Assembly: GCA_951406725.2 (NCBI GenBank)
Contig: OX597841.1
Coordinates: forward strand, 18,476,001-18,540,000
From: Octopus vulgaris
Taxonomy: Eukaryota
Length of the DNA: 64,000 nucleotides
Direction of reading: 5' to 3'
Shown piece after piece: positions 24,713 through 37,699 of the stretch. Position 1 is the first letter of the stretch; each line of letters begins with the position of its first letter. The notes under the pieces were generated by a model that was not told the DNA's origin, searched no databases, and saw nothing but the letters and a program-made list of their open reading frames with translations. Made by a program: the position numbers and the translations under genes.

Positions 24713-27290
24713 TCACACTAGTGCACCACCTGTAGTTACTCGGTGTTGTTTCCAATATTGTTTATGATGAAGTAGCAAATTGGATGGAGCTGCTCTTCTT
24801 TGTGTCTCCCGCTGCAATTTGAGTTCATCTGGTATCTCAGATAGAAATCTGTCCAGGCATTTCTTGAAAACATCCACATCAAAACCATGTAGATCTCTAA
24901 GGTTGCCTGGAAGGATGTTGAACAATTGTAGGCCCTTGAAACCCAGACTGTTGCAGTACAGTGTCCTTATTTTAGGTGGGGAAGATGGGATCTTTGGTAT
25001 GACGCAATGCCGTCCAGTTCAAGGATTGGTATAGCTGTCAATTCCAAAACTGGGAGCTAAACCCTCCTAGATGTTCCAAATATTTAACACTGCATCTCTC
25101 TCTCTCTCGTCTTCTCTCCAGAGACTCAGCTCCTTTAGCTTCTCCCAGTTGCCCATCTTTTGCATTGAGTCAGTCTTCTTTGTGTAATGGTGCTGGATTG
25201 CTTCGAGTTCAACAGTTTGTTTCACACTCTTTGGAGTCCATAGTTGGGAGCAGTAGTCCAAGCAGCTGAGAACAAAAATCTTCCATAGGAGTAGCATGGC
25301 CTGCCTTTTCCTGGTTCTGAATGTCCTCAGAATCCATCCAGCCACTCGCCTGCACAGTGTTGCCATCTTGGAAATGTGCACATGTAATGTTGCATCTTGT
25401 GAACCTCCAGGTCACGCACTGACTCTGACTCTGGGATCATATTACCTTCTGGTCCAGTGTATTCTGATTTTAACCTGGTATTGGACAGCTAGTGGAGTGC
25501 CCAAAATTTCACAGCATTGAACTGCATATTATTTTTGTTAGCCCATTTGTAGATTTTGTTTACGTCTTTCTGCAGTTTTATGATGTCCTCTGGGTTCCTA
25601 ACTACCTGCAATACTTTTGTGTCGTCAGCATAACTGGTCAGTTTGGTTGATTGTACAGTGGAGGGTATGTCTGAGAGGGCCACCACAAATAGTAGTGGCC
25701 CCAGTACAGTTCCATGTGGGACTCCACTGGAAATTGGTGTCTCTTCAGAGTGAGCATCATTGACTACAACTGTTTGACTCCTGCCCTTAAGAAAATCACG
25801 AAGCCACTCTCCCAGTTTCCCGGTAATACCAAGGTTTTGCAGCTTGTGACATTTGCTATGATCAGCCTTGTCAAAGGTCTTGGCAAAGTCAAGGTATATC
25901 GTGTCTACAGCTGACTGGCTTAGCTGTTGCTTCAGTACCCAGTCAAAGTACTGCGGCAACTGTGTGAGGCAATTCCTCCCTGGATGGAAGCCGTGTTGCG
26001 TGTTTGTGGGAAGGTTGTTTTCTTCTAGGAACATGACCAGCCCTTTTCTGACAATGTGTTCCATTGTGTTGCTAACATGTGAGGTCAGAGAGCCGGGCCT
26101 ATAGATTTTAGCATCTGCACTGATCCCTCCTTTATGGACAGGACATATGATACCCTCTTTTAGCATGTTGGGAAGTTTACCACATGCAAGGAAACTCTGA
26201 AAGAGTATCTGCAGTGGCTTTGCAAGGGCCTTTTTACATGTCTTTAAGAGAACAGCTGGGAGTTCATCTGGGCGTGTTGCTGAGTTTGATCTCATCTCAT
26301 CAATGGCTGATATTACATCCTCTTCTGCTATGTTGATGTAATTGATGAGGGCCTGCTTTCCAAATAGATTCGCTACATTGAAAAACTCCCTCAGCTTGTT
26401 CATTTGCATATTTTCCAGTGGAGAAGTGAAAACACTTCAGAATTGTTTATTTAGTGCTTTACTTATCTTCCCTGGGTCCCCAGGTTAGTGAGCCATTTTT
26501 ACCAAATAGTGGCCCTATCTTATAGCATACTGAGGCAGACCCCCTTTGCCAATATGTAGAAGGCTTTCGGATTTCTTCAAATATTTTCAACTACCCAGGT
26601 TTCTATTTCTTCTCTATCTTTCTCATGGGAGATTTTGAGTTTATTTCTATCTTGAAGAGTTCCTCTGTCAGGTGGGATTTCATACTGTCAATAAGGTGTT
26701 TGTTTAAATGATTCGAGATCTTTATTCTCTACCACATGAGTATTCTCCTGTCTCGGCGAATGATATTTTTGTGTGTATTGGCTCCCTTCTCTGGGACATA
26801 TTTAATGCATATGGCTTGCATTATTGACATGAATTTACTGAGTTTCATATAAATGTTTTGCATAGAGAGGCTTTTAGGCCAGTCTGGCTGGAGTATGTCT
26901 TTCAATTGAATTATAGAAATTTAAGCTGGATAGGGTTTCAGCCCCATCCTTGGGGTGCTTATCTTTAGTTAATTCCAGGCCATACATTGTCAGTTCTATC
27001 ATGTTATGATCTGAGAATATTGTCGGTGATATATTTATGTTGTGGATAATTTCCACATTGTTTGTAAAACAGAGGTCCAGGATATTTTTGTGCTTGATTG
27101 GAGAGATTATGGTCTGTTCCATGAATAGCATTTTCGTAAAATCAAGTAGAGATTCTGCTTGATTTCACTCTTTGTGTATCATTCCTGGGGTTTTGTTACC
27201 CTCAGGCCACCTGATTTTGGGGAAGATGAAGTCACCCATCAGGAATATGATCCAATTGTGTTAGTACTTCCTTTATCGCACTGAGGCTTT
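24713..27290 (-). mobile_element. CR1/L2-group LINE ORF2 (APE + RT), decayed
   Basis: MGDF, LDLCFTN...SDHNMI (APE). QHGF, YLDFAKTFDK, SGVPHGTVLGP, YADD, LDYCSQLW (RT and C-terminus). Multiple frameshifts. Confidence 0.88.
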
Positions 27291-27292
27291 CC

Positions 27293-27590
27293 TCAAATTT
27301 GCTCTATGTTTGATGAATTTGAATAGGATAGTTTTAAAGTGTGACGGTTAAATATTTTGCTGTACACTCCAGTTTTAGGGAAGCAGCAATCCAGTACAGT
27401 GAAAAACTGCTTCGTGATATTAGATGAGATGCTGGAGTCCCAAATCGGGTTATACCAAAAGATGTCATGGTTTTTATATTTTTGGTTAGGTCTGTTTGTC
27501 TGGGTGCTTGGAGTGGCAATTGGATTTTGTGGCAGTAGTTGTTTAATTTGTTGTCTATTATAAGTTTTCTTTAACTTATGGTTGATTCTA
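27293..27590 (-). pseudogene. Penelope-like element fragment (RT-endonuclease linker)
   Basis: IFWYNPIW...SNITKQFF...FPK...SKIFNRHTLKLSYS...NIEQI matches the PLE WFNPP...KIFNxxTxKxSYS motif. Confidence 0.78.
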
Positions 27591-28369
27591 TATATATATA
27601 TGTATGCAGCGCTGCCCCGACTGGCCGGTGGCACGTAAAAAGCACCATCCGATCATGGCTGTTGCCAGCCTCGCCTGTCCGCCTTGCCAGTGGCACGTAA
27701 AAAGCACCACCTGACCGTGTCTGTTGCCAGCGCCGCCCCGACTGGCCTCCGTGTCGGTGGCACGTAAAGAGCACCATACGACCGTGGCCGTTACCAGCCT
27801 CGCCTGGCCCCCTTGCCAGTGGCACTTAAAAAGCACCACCCGACCGTGTCCGTTGCCAGCGCCACTCTGACTGGCCTCCGTGCCGGTGGCACGTAAAGAG
27901 CACCATCCGATCGTGGTCGTTGCCAGCCTCGCCTGGCTCCCTTGCCAGTGGCACGTAAAAAGCACCATCCGTCCGTGGCCATTTGCCAGTCCCGTCTGGC
28001 ATCTGTGCGGGTGGCACGTAAAAAGCACCCACTACACTCATGGAGTGGTTGGCGTTAGGAAGGGCATCCAGCCGTAGAAACACTGCCAGATCAAACTGGG
28101 CCTGGTGCAGCCTTCTGGCTTCCCAGACCCCAGTTGAAGCGTCCAACCCATGCTAGCATGGAAAGCGGATGCTAAATGATGATGATGGTGATGATAAAAG
28201 ATACGAGGGGTTTTTATCAGGGTGACTCAAACTAATAGGTATGCTCTGTGAGTGCTCAAATTGGTACACTACTAAAATTCCGGTATGAACAGCAGTTGAA
28301 CATGTGATTTTGTGAGTGTCTTTCTAAAGCAACCAGAAATGGCTTCCTTTTGAGTTGATAGCTATAACT

Positions 28370-28670
28370 TAAAGCAAAAGAAAGAGCAAACAGTTTAGCA
28401 AGACTTGACAAGGACATTTAATTTAGCTATATATAATAAAAAGATTTATATGGTCTCTAACAGCTGTTTCTAGAATATTCCAGCTATTGAAACATTATCT
28501 CCGGCAAGGATCTCATAGGCCAAGTGTACAGTCATTAGAGAGAGATCGGTTAGACATGTGTAACAATATGGAATAATAACATTGATATTATTGTGGTTCA
28601 TTTGTCTAAAAAGAAGGGGAATGTTCTTGTCAAGTCTTGCCAAACCATTTGCCTTTCCATTTCTGCTTTA
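28370..28670. mobile_element. Old foldback element with decayed hammerhead motif at 28452-28543 (-)
   Basis: Arms 28372-28418 and 28620-28668. Minus strand TCTCT-CTAATGA...GAAAC AGCT GTT-AGAGA. Confidence 0.55.
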
Positions 28671-28764
28671 ATCTATACATACACATATCTATCTATCTGT
28701 CTGTCTGCCTGTGTATATATATATATATATATATATGACTATGACTTAATTGTCCTCTCACACT

Positions 28765-28816
28765 GTCTCTGATAAAGGGATATAATTGATAAAGATCCTA
28801 GAAACAGCTGTAAGAC
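28765..28816 (+). ncRNA. Minimal type-I hammerhead-like motif (G8 mutated)
   Basis: GTCT-CTGATAA-A-GGGAT...ATCCT-A-GAAAC AGCT GTA-AGAC. Confidence 0.55.
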
Positions 28817-28829
28817 CTTCTGTCTATAA

Positions 28830-29275
28830 ACACTCTAATATCTACACAGACTTGGTTTTTTTATCATATTGTGCAAAAAATTCTTTTAACTCGTCCTGTC
28901 GAAAGACCCTTGTCCTACGTCCTGGTTTTTTTTTTTTTTTTTTTTTATCTTTACCGTTATTGTTTTTACGTTTTTGTATTCTTATTGGTGTCACGTATTC
29001 TGTATTTTTGTTCGTGTACTTCGTTCGTTTTCCGTCCTCGTGTTGTATACATTCGAAGCTTTCTTCCAAGGGATCTAATGTGCTTGGCTTAGATTTTCCT
29101 TTGGGGGCTGCCCAGATCGGAGCAATCTCAAGATTAATCAGCCGAAATTGCGAAGATGATCTGGTTCTTGACTGAAGACTGAGGGCTTCGAATGTCCCGT
29201 CCTGTGGTTCTTGTGTCGTCTCTTTGGTGTTTCATGTTCTTGTCCATGTGTGTATTTATTTTTACTGTTTACATT

Positions 29276-29352
<77 letters not shown>

Positions 29353-29386
29353 GTATGTATATATATATATATATATATGTATGTAT

Positions 29387-29417
<31 letters not shown>

Positions 29418-29663
29418 ATAATAAATATTAGGGAATAAATCCAAATTTACAGGGAAAAATCAGATTTAGGATTAAATCCAATTTTATAGTAAAATATTAT
29501 AAAATATTATTAGAGACAAAACCACTATTTTGCAAAACAAACAAGGAAAGACTTAATCAATACATAAAATTTTAATAAATAGTCTTGACTATTTATTAAA
29601 ATTTTATGTATTGATTAAGTCTTTCCTTGTTTGTTTTGCAAAATAGTGGTTTTGTCTCTAATA

Positions 29664-29673
<10 letters not shown>
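28830..29673. mobile_element. Unclassified TA-embedded repeat family ending in a perfect 87-bp hairpin; related copy at 40625-41130
   Basis: Arms 29498-29584 and 29587-29673. 29060-29270 matches 40925-41125, and 29425-29470 matches 40825-40875 inverted. Confidence 0.65.
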
Positions 29674-29704
<31 letters not shown>

Positions 29705-29757
29705 ATGTTTATATATCTAAGTGTGTGTATATATATATGCCTATGTGTGTGTGTGTG

Positions 29758-29799
<42 letters not shown>

Positions 29800-30543
29800 T
29801 ATATACAAGGTATGTTTAAAAAATATCCAACATCTGGCCAAAAAATGACAATTTTGTGCTTTTCACAAATTTATTTAACCACCTGTAAAAATACTCCTCT
29901 TGTAAGTCCACACACATCACTCAGTGGGTCTGCTACAACTGGTAACTCATAGAATGTCACTTTTTTCATAGTTTTCTCTTGTGACTCAAATCACTTCCCT
30001 TTTAGCATAATGTTCAGTTTGGGCAGGAGCAAGATGTCCCACAGAGCCATTTCAGGAGAGTAGGGAGTCTGTCAAACAAGTGGTGTGTTGCTCTAGACCA
30101 AGAAATCCTGAATTGCAGGACGCATTCAAAAATATCTGACTGATGGTAAAACGTTTAAAAGCACCACAGCTGCCCCAGCCTGAAAGCTCACTTATATCTA
30201 AACACTGCTTGGTGCTGATACTGATGAATTTTTTATGACCTGGCTGTTGAACTGCACTATTCAATGAATGAGAGTTTTAGTTAAAGCTAAAGCTTTAAAT
30301 CTACCCAAATTTACCTATCTTTGGTCTTTTCCATTGATAACAGCCACAGAGCTAGAAATGCTGCATCAGGGAATGAAAGAATGTTTTTCCTTTGTGGTAA
30401 CTGCAGTGAATTTGTTTTCATAATCTGAAATAAGTGACAGACATATTTTAACTAACCTAAAGTTTGCTTATGCTTAAACATTACTTGACACTGATACTGC
30501 AGAATATATATATGTATGTGTGTGTGTGTGTGTTTGTGTGCAC

Positions 30544-30575
<32 letters not shown>

Positions 30576-31327
30576 TTGTATGTATGTTTGTGTGTCTGTG
30601 TTTGTCTCTCAACCATCGCTGGACAACCGATGCTGGTGTGTTTATGTCCCAGTCACTTAGTGGTTTGGCAAAAGAGACGAATAGAATAAGTACTAAGCTT
30701 ACAAAGAATAAGTCCCGGGGTCGATTTGCTCAATTAAAGGCTGTGCTCCAGCATGGCCGCTGTCAAATGACTGAAACGAGTTAAAGAGAGTAAAAAGAGT
30801 ATACATACATATATATATGTATATATGTGTGTGTGTGTGTGTATATATATCTTTTTATTCTTTTTGCTCTTTTACTTGTTTCAGTCATTTGACTGCGGAC
30901 ATGCTGGAGCATCGCCTTTAGTCGAGCAAATCGACCCCGGGACTTATTCTTTGTAAGTACTTATTCCATCGGCCTCTTTTGCCGAACCGCTAAGTGATGG
31001 GGCCGTAAACACACCAGCATCGGTTGTCAAGCAATGCTAGGGGGACAAACACAGACACACAAACATACACACAAATACATATATATATACATATATACGA
31101 CAGGCTTCTTTTCAGTTTCCGTCTACCAAATCCACTCACAAGGCATTGGTCGGCCAGGGGCTATAGCAGAAGACACTTGCCCAAGGTGCCACGCAGTGGG
31201 ACTGAACCCGGAACCATGTGGTTGGTTAGCAAGCTACTTACCACACAGCCACTCCTGCGCCTATATATATATACTGCGCAAAAGATTTTTTATAGTGTGC
31301 CTTTTTTTGATTTATGAACAACTGATC

Positions 31328-31363
<36 letters not shown>

Positions 31364-31700
31364 AGTATACATTAGATTATGATGATGTATGATTCACTGC
31401 TACAGCTTTATATATAGGACATGTCATAATGATATTCATATCATGTGTAAGGATTGCATTTTTTATTGATTATTAACAAAAAATACAGCTTTTGGTAAAT
31501 GAACTTTGATCAGAACCTAGCTTGGTTATATTGTAAGATACGTTGTAACAAATTTATATCAAATATTTATTTAATACAATCTGTTTGAGAAGCGTTTCTG
31601 GCACAAAATATCACAGACAGCAAGCACTGTTCTACATTGGTAGATAGACTATAAATGTTAGACGCACCATTTACATCATTTCATATATATATATATATAT

Positions 31701-31792
<92 letters not shown>

Positions 31793-32107
31793 TTAGCGTC
31801 CGTTTTCCATGCTAGCATGGGTTGGACGGTTCAACTGGGGTCTGGGAAGCCAGGATGCTGCACCAGGCTCTAGTCTGATCTGGCAGTGTTTCTACAGCTG
31901 GATGCCCTTCCTAACACCAACCACTCCGTGAGTGTAGTGGGTGCTTCTTATGTGCCACCGGCACAGGGGCCAGATGAGGCTGGCAAACAGCCACGATCGG
32001 TTGGTGCTTTTATGCTACACCAACACGGACGCCAGTCAGCAGCGCTGGCAACTGTCACATTCGGATGGTGCTTTTAACATGTCACCGGCACAGGTATCTT
32101 AACTACA

Positions 32108-32205
<98 letters not shown>

Positions 32206-32329
32206 GGATAGATAGATAGGCAGACAGACAGATAGATAGAGGGAGATAGATAGCTAGATAGATAGATATACCTACACATACATATTTACATACATATGTG
32301 TGTTTATATATATATATGTGTGTGTGTGT

Positions 32330-32399
<70 letters not shown>

Positions 32400-32949
32400 C
32401 TTTACTACCCACAAGGGGCTAAACACAGAGGGGACAAACGGATTAAGTCGATAACATCGACCCCAGAGCGTAACTGGTACTTAATTTATCGACCCCGAAA
32501 GGATGAAAGGCAAAGTCGACCTCGGCGGAATTTGAACTCAGAACGTAACAGCAGACGAAATACGGCTACGCATTTCGCCCGGCGTGCTAACGTTTCTGCC
32601 AGCTCGATATATATAAACTACTTGCATCATGTGGTCTTAAGTTCAGTCCTGCTGTGAAGCAACTTGGGCAAGTGTCTCTTACTATAAACCCTAGACCTTG
32701 TGACTGGATTTGGTAAATAGAAACTGAAAGAAGCTTGTCATGTGTGTGTGTGTTTGTGTTTGAAAACCAGTGTTGGGTTGTTTACATCCCTGTAACTCAG
32801 TACTCCTACAAAAAGTGACCTACAGAATAAGTGCCTGGCTTAAAAAAATAAGTAGTGGGACTGAGTTGTTTGACTCAAAGTGGTGCTCCAGCTTGGTCAC
32901 ATTCTATAAACTGAAACAATTAAAAAAGAAAAAAATCATTTTGCAATAA

Positions 32950-33510
32950 CAAGCAATTTCATTAGTGAACAGGTATATTTTCATCATCATTTCAATCCAT
33001 ATTCATTAATTGATGTTTGGCAGACTCTGTTTGTTATTTTCTTTAATTCAACAGGATATTTAACTGCAGCATCTTCATCTGCACTTGCAGCTTCTTTGAT
33101 AATGTTTATATTTTTCATTCTTATTTAAGTTTTGAAATTTTCTAACCAACCTTTTCAGGCATAAAATGTTACAACCACTCCTTGATATTTGTTTTCTTTC
33201 AGTCAAGAAAAAAGGTTAAGAGCTTCGATCATTAATTATTGGTGTCAACTGGAATTTGCTTCTGATTACAACCTTCCAATTAAAGTATTAATAGATCCTC
33301 CAGTTCAGCTGTTATTGAATTTTCATTCCTAATACATTATATACTTAATGATGTAGATGCTACTTTACCTTGGGTTGCAGTGCTCATTCATTTTGCCCAG
33401 AATAGTTTCTATCATCGACTCACTAAAACCAAGCCGTCTTTCAATATTAGCTTTGATTTAGCTGCAATCAAGCCTCTCGATAATTCAAAGCCTCATGTCT
33501 TACATAACAT
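32950..33510 (-). pseudogene. Tigger/pogo-like transposase relic (CENP-B-type HTH region)
   Basis: Minus strand reads KGWLENFK...KNINIIKEAASADEDAAVKYPVELKKI. Confidence 0.6.
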
Positions 33511-33746
33511 TTTTTCTCTATTATTTTGTACAGTGAAATCAGTTTTCCTGTTAAACTTCATTAAGTTAGGATAAATTTATAAGATATGTAACATGCCCCT
33601 CTGTCCAGGTAACTAAAAAGAAAGGGAGGTTCTGTAGTGAAGGCAGGAGGTGTTTTTAGTTTAGCAGATCATATTTTAATCTAGGTAAATTAAAGGTTTG
33701 TTACAATAAATTTAATACTGGTAACGAAATTGTAATCATCTAAGCT

Positions 33747-33787
<41 letters not shown>

Positions 33788-33831
33788 CAATATATATATA
33801 GCAATTCGTTGCTAAACCCTTAATTGCTTAG

Positions 33832-33863
<32 letters not shown>

Positions 33864-33867
33864 ACCC

Positions 33868-33913
<46 letters not shown>

Positions 33914-34010
33914 TACTGATAAGAAAGTAATATTTTGAATACAGCAGGGCTGTGAAAACAACAGAAAGATCGGGCATGTTACCCTTATAAGAGGGAAAAG
34001 GTTGTCAGTA

Positions 34011-34080
34011 GACAGCCACGGGACTTAAACCTGCGCACCGCAGGTACCAGCTGAGAACTCTACCATTAGGCTAAATGGCC
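34011..34080 (-). other. tRNA-like sequence (pseudogene or SINE head) enclosed in nested inverted repeats
   Basis: TAGCCTAATGG A box, CTCAG-CTGGTAC-CTGCG anticodon-like arm, GGTTTAAGTCC B-box-like. Bracketed by gttgtcagt/actgacaac. Confidence 0.5.
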
Positions 34081-34269
34081 CACTGACAACAATCTCCATC
34101 AAAATTAAATGCCGAATATTATAGCTTTTGGAATGCAACAAAACTTTATAAACAAATTTTCTGCTGTTTTCACGGCTATTCTGTGTTTGAAATATTTTAT
34201 TATCTGTAAAATATGAAACATTTGATGCTTCCAAATTTGTTTACATAATATTGTTGCATATAAATATAT

Positions 34270-35500
34270 GTATATATATACATACACCCATACGCACACA
34301 CACATATGCGCGTACACACACACACACAGGAATACACAGAAACCTATCCCACCCAACCCCACGCACACACAGACACACATACCTTTAGACACACACACAC
34401 ATAAACGTACACACAACCACATACACGCACATACTCAAGCACACGCGCGTACACACAATAAAATGAACACAACCTGACACACGTCTCCACGTTCACACAC
34501 ACATATACACACGCACGCACATACACACATGCACACACGCACATACACACTCATACATACGCACATAATACACGCACACACACATATACACACGTACATA
34601 CACACACACACCAGCACAGATTCCAACATATACCTCCAACAAACAATACTCATATAGATACTCACACAATTATACACACATGGGCACACACACACACACG
34701 CACACACTCGCACATACATGCACGTAAGCACACACACGCACACAAGCACACACACGCACATTATGCCTACACAACTCCAAAAACCCACACACACACATTC
34801 ACGCATACACAAATTCACATACACACCTATACACACAATATATGCCTACATGCGCACACACACATACACATACGTATGCACATATAGACACAGACACATA
34901 CACACATGCACACAAAAACATGCGCACACATACACACGGACACGAATGCACACACCTAACACTCACAACGCCACGGACACACGTATATACACCCACATAC
35001 GCTTACACACACACATACACATGCACACACACACACACACACACAACTACACGCACATACGACATGCACGCACATACATACACACACACAAATGAACCCA
35101 CACATACATCCCATACACACAGCACACAATTATACATACATGTGTACACACATACGCACGTACAAGCACACATGCACACATACACAAAGTAAAGCACAGT
35201 TATTCGCCACACACACAAACTCTACACATACACACACGAACACACACACTACAAACAAAACACACACACAATGCATATACAAACACGCACACACACACAT
35301 ACTTCAAACTAGCAGTACCTCCCACTGACCATGGGTCGACACAAGAGCCACTCCTAATTCCTTCTTCCTTGACCTTAAACAATACTAAGCCCCACCACAC
35401 ACATAGATTAACAGCCACAACCACACACACACACACACACGCACACGCACACATGTTATCATTGCACACATACACACATACGCGCATGGCGGTGCCCCAG
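34270..35500. repeat. Cryptic (CA/TA/CG)-rich degenerate microsatellite block
   Basis: Direct reading. Confidence 0.9.
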
Positions 35501-35768
35501 CATGGCCACAGCTCATAAGCTGAAACTGGAAAAATCAAAATCAATCAAATCATGCACATATCTACACTTACTCACACATACCTCCTCTTGCACTCTCCTG
35601 TCTTTGAAAGAACTTTTTCTTCACCCATTCCCTTCCGGTCATTCAAAATGTGACCGCGTGTGTACCGTTGGCGATTTCGTTTCCCCATCTTCCCTTCCTT
35701 GGATCTTTCCTTTTCCTATGTTTCACACCCACAGACAAAATTTCCCACAACATATGTACTAGATATAT

Positions 35769-35847
<79 letters not shown>

Positions 35848-35892
35848 ATAATATATATTAATATATATATATATTAAAATATATATATATTA

Positions 35893-35969
<77 letters not shown>

Positions 35970-35973
<4 letters not shown>

Positions 35974-36319
35974 AAGGAATGACCCTGAGAAGGTCGTTCG
36001 ACTCACTTGGAAAGAGCAGCTAAAACTCAAAACCGCCAAAATAGTAGTAATTCTGAAACTAGAGGAAAATAAAAAACATTTATCACCTTTTTTTTTGGTT
36101 TTTTATGTTTTTTATTTTCCTCTAGTTTCAGAATTACTACTATTTTGGCGGTTTTGAGTTTTAGCAGCTCTTTCCAAGTGAGTCGAACGACCTTCTCAGG
36201 GTCATTCCTTAATATTTTGTTGAACGTATTATATAGTCTGTGACTATTTCTATTTTCTCACTTGACCGCTGGTGGCAGAAGAATTCTTCTTGAATTTTTT
36301 GTTACCCTTATATTGATTG

Positions 36320-36320
<1 letters not shown>
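35970..36320. mobile_element. Foldback element (110-bp arms, 26-nt loop, 105-bp tail) in (TA)n, distantly like family 2
   Basis: Arms 35970-36079 and 36106-36214. Confidence 0.85.
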
Positions 36321-36350
<30 letters not shown>

Positions 36351-36724
36351 CATACATATGTATATGAATATTTATATATATATAAATATATACACATGTA
36401 TATATCATCATCATCATCGTTTAACGTCCGTTTTCCATGCTAGCATGGGTTGGACGGTTCAACTGGGGTCTGGGAAGCCAGAAGGCTGCACCAGGCTCCA
36501 GTCTGATCTGGCAGTGTTTCTACAGCTGGATGCCTTTCCTAATGCCAACCACTCCGTGAGTGTAGTGGGTGCTTTTTACATGCCACCAGCACAGGGGCCA
36601 GAGGGGGCTGGCAAACGCCCACGATTTGTTGGTGCTTTTATATGTCACCGACACAGATGCCAGTCAGATGGCGCTGGTATCTGCCATGTTTGAACAGTGC
36701 ATTTTATGTGTCACCGGCAAGGGT

Positions 36725-37210
36725 ACCTTCCTGGGTCTACCTCTACCCAGGATTCCTTCAACAGTTTGGGAGTGGCACTTCTTCACACATCTCTCCTCAT
36801 CCATCCCTAGTACATGACCAGACCAATGCAAACGTCTCTCCTGCACGCTGCATCCAATGCTTCTTATGCCCAACATTTCTCTCAGGGCACTTACACTCTG
36901 TCATGCATGGATACTGACATTACACACCCAGTGGATCATGCTAGCTTCATTTCTTTTCTACAGATCGAGCAGGGCCACCTACCTGAAGGGGTGTGTGGTG
37001 AGTTTGCCTTCCTACTTACTAGAACTTTGGCCTTTGGTACGTTGACTCTAAGGCCTTTTGATTCTAATCCTAGCTTCCATACCCGAAATTTCTTTTCTAG
37101 TTCTGGTAGTGATTCTGCTACAAGGGCTAGATCATCAGCATAGGAGTGCACCCAAGGGGCAACCTGTCTTGAATTCCTCTGTTATTGCCTGGAGGACTCT
37201 GATGAAATAC
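36725..37210 (-). mobile_element. RTE LINE fragments (internally deleted)
   Basis: YADDLALVAES...GLRVNVPKAKVL and RRLHWSGHV...GRGRPRK. Confidence 0.82.
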
Positions 37211-37366
37211 CTCAGTCCTTTGGTACTCACGTCTCTGGACATTGGCAAACTTCTTTTCCGCTTCGCTCCTGGCTATGTATACCTGCTGCCCAGCCTCCCT
37301 TCTGGCTACATATATATATACTTACATATGTATATATATATATATATATATACGTATGTATATGTA

Positions 37367-37407
<41 letters not shown>

Positions 37408-37497
37408 AATCCAAACGGGAAAACAAAAAAACAACAACTCGTGGATCAATTACAGTATTATTATTAATAGGCGCTCAGGAAATATGGAAGCAGGAAG

Positions 37498-37536
37498 GTA
37501 TGACGTTTCGAGCGGAGCTCTTCGTCGGAAACATAA
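37498..37536 (-). ncRNA. Minimal hammerhead-like motif (CCGACGA core); decayed relative at 40310-40346 (+)
   Basis: Minus strand TGTTT-CCGACGA-A-GAGC TCC GCTC-GAAAC GTC-ATAC. Confidence 0.6.
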
Positions 37537-37699
37537 AGAAGGAAGAGAGAGGAAAGAAAGATCCCAAAGTGGGCAACAAGAGATGGAGAAAAAAACGACT
37601 GGTGTTTACGAAGTACACATGGTGAAAGGCGGAAGTTTACGATAACAAGAGCAAAGTAGGTTTTTAAAGCCAAAAGAGTGGAGACAGGGTTGGTAACGC

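Noticed and set aside
27610-28035. CRISPR-like regularly spaced repeat
   Set aside because: The spacers are homologous to each other, the array sits in a retroelement tail, the context is eukaryotic and there are no cas genes.
29803-30130. Mariner-like terminal relics (also ~16540-16620, ~18290-18400)
   Set aside because: Too decayed to define both TIRs or a transposase motif by eye.
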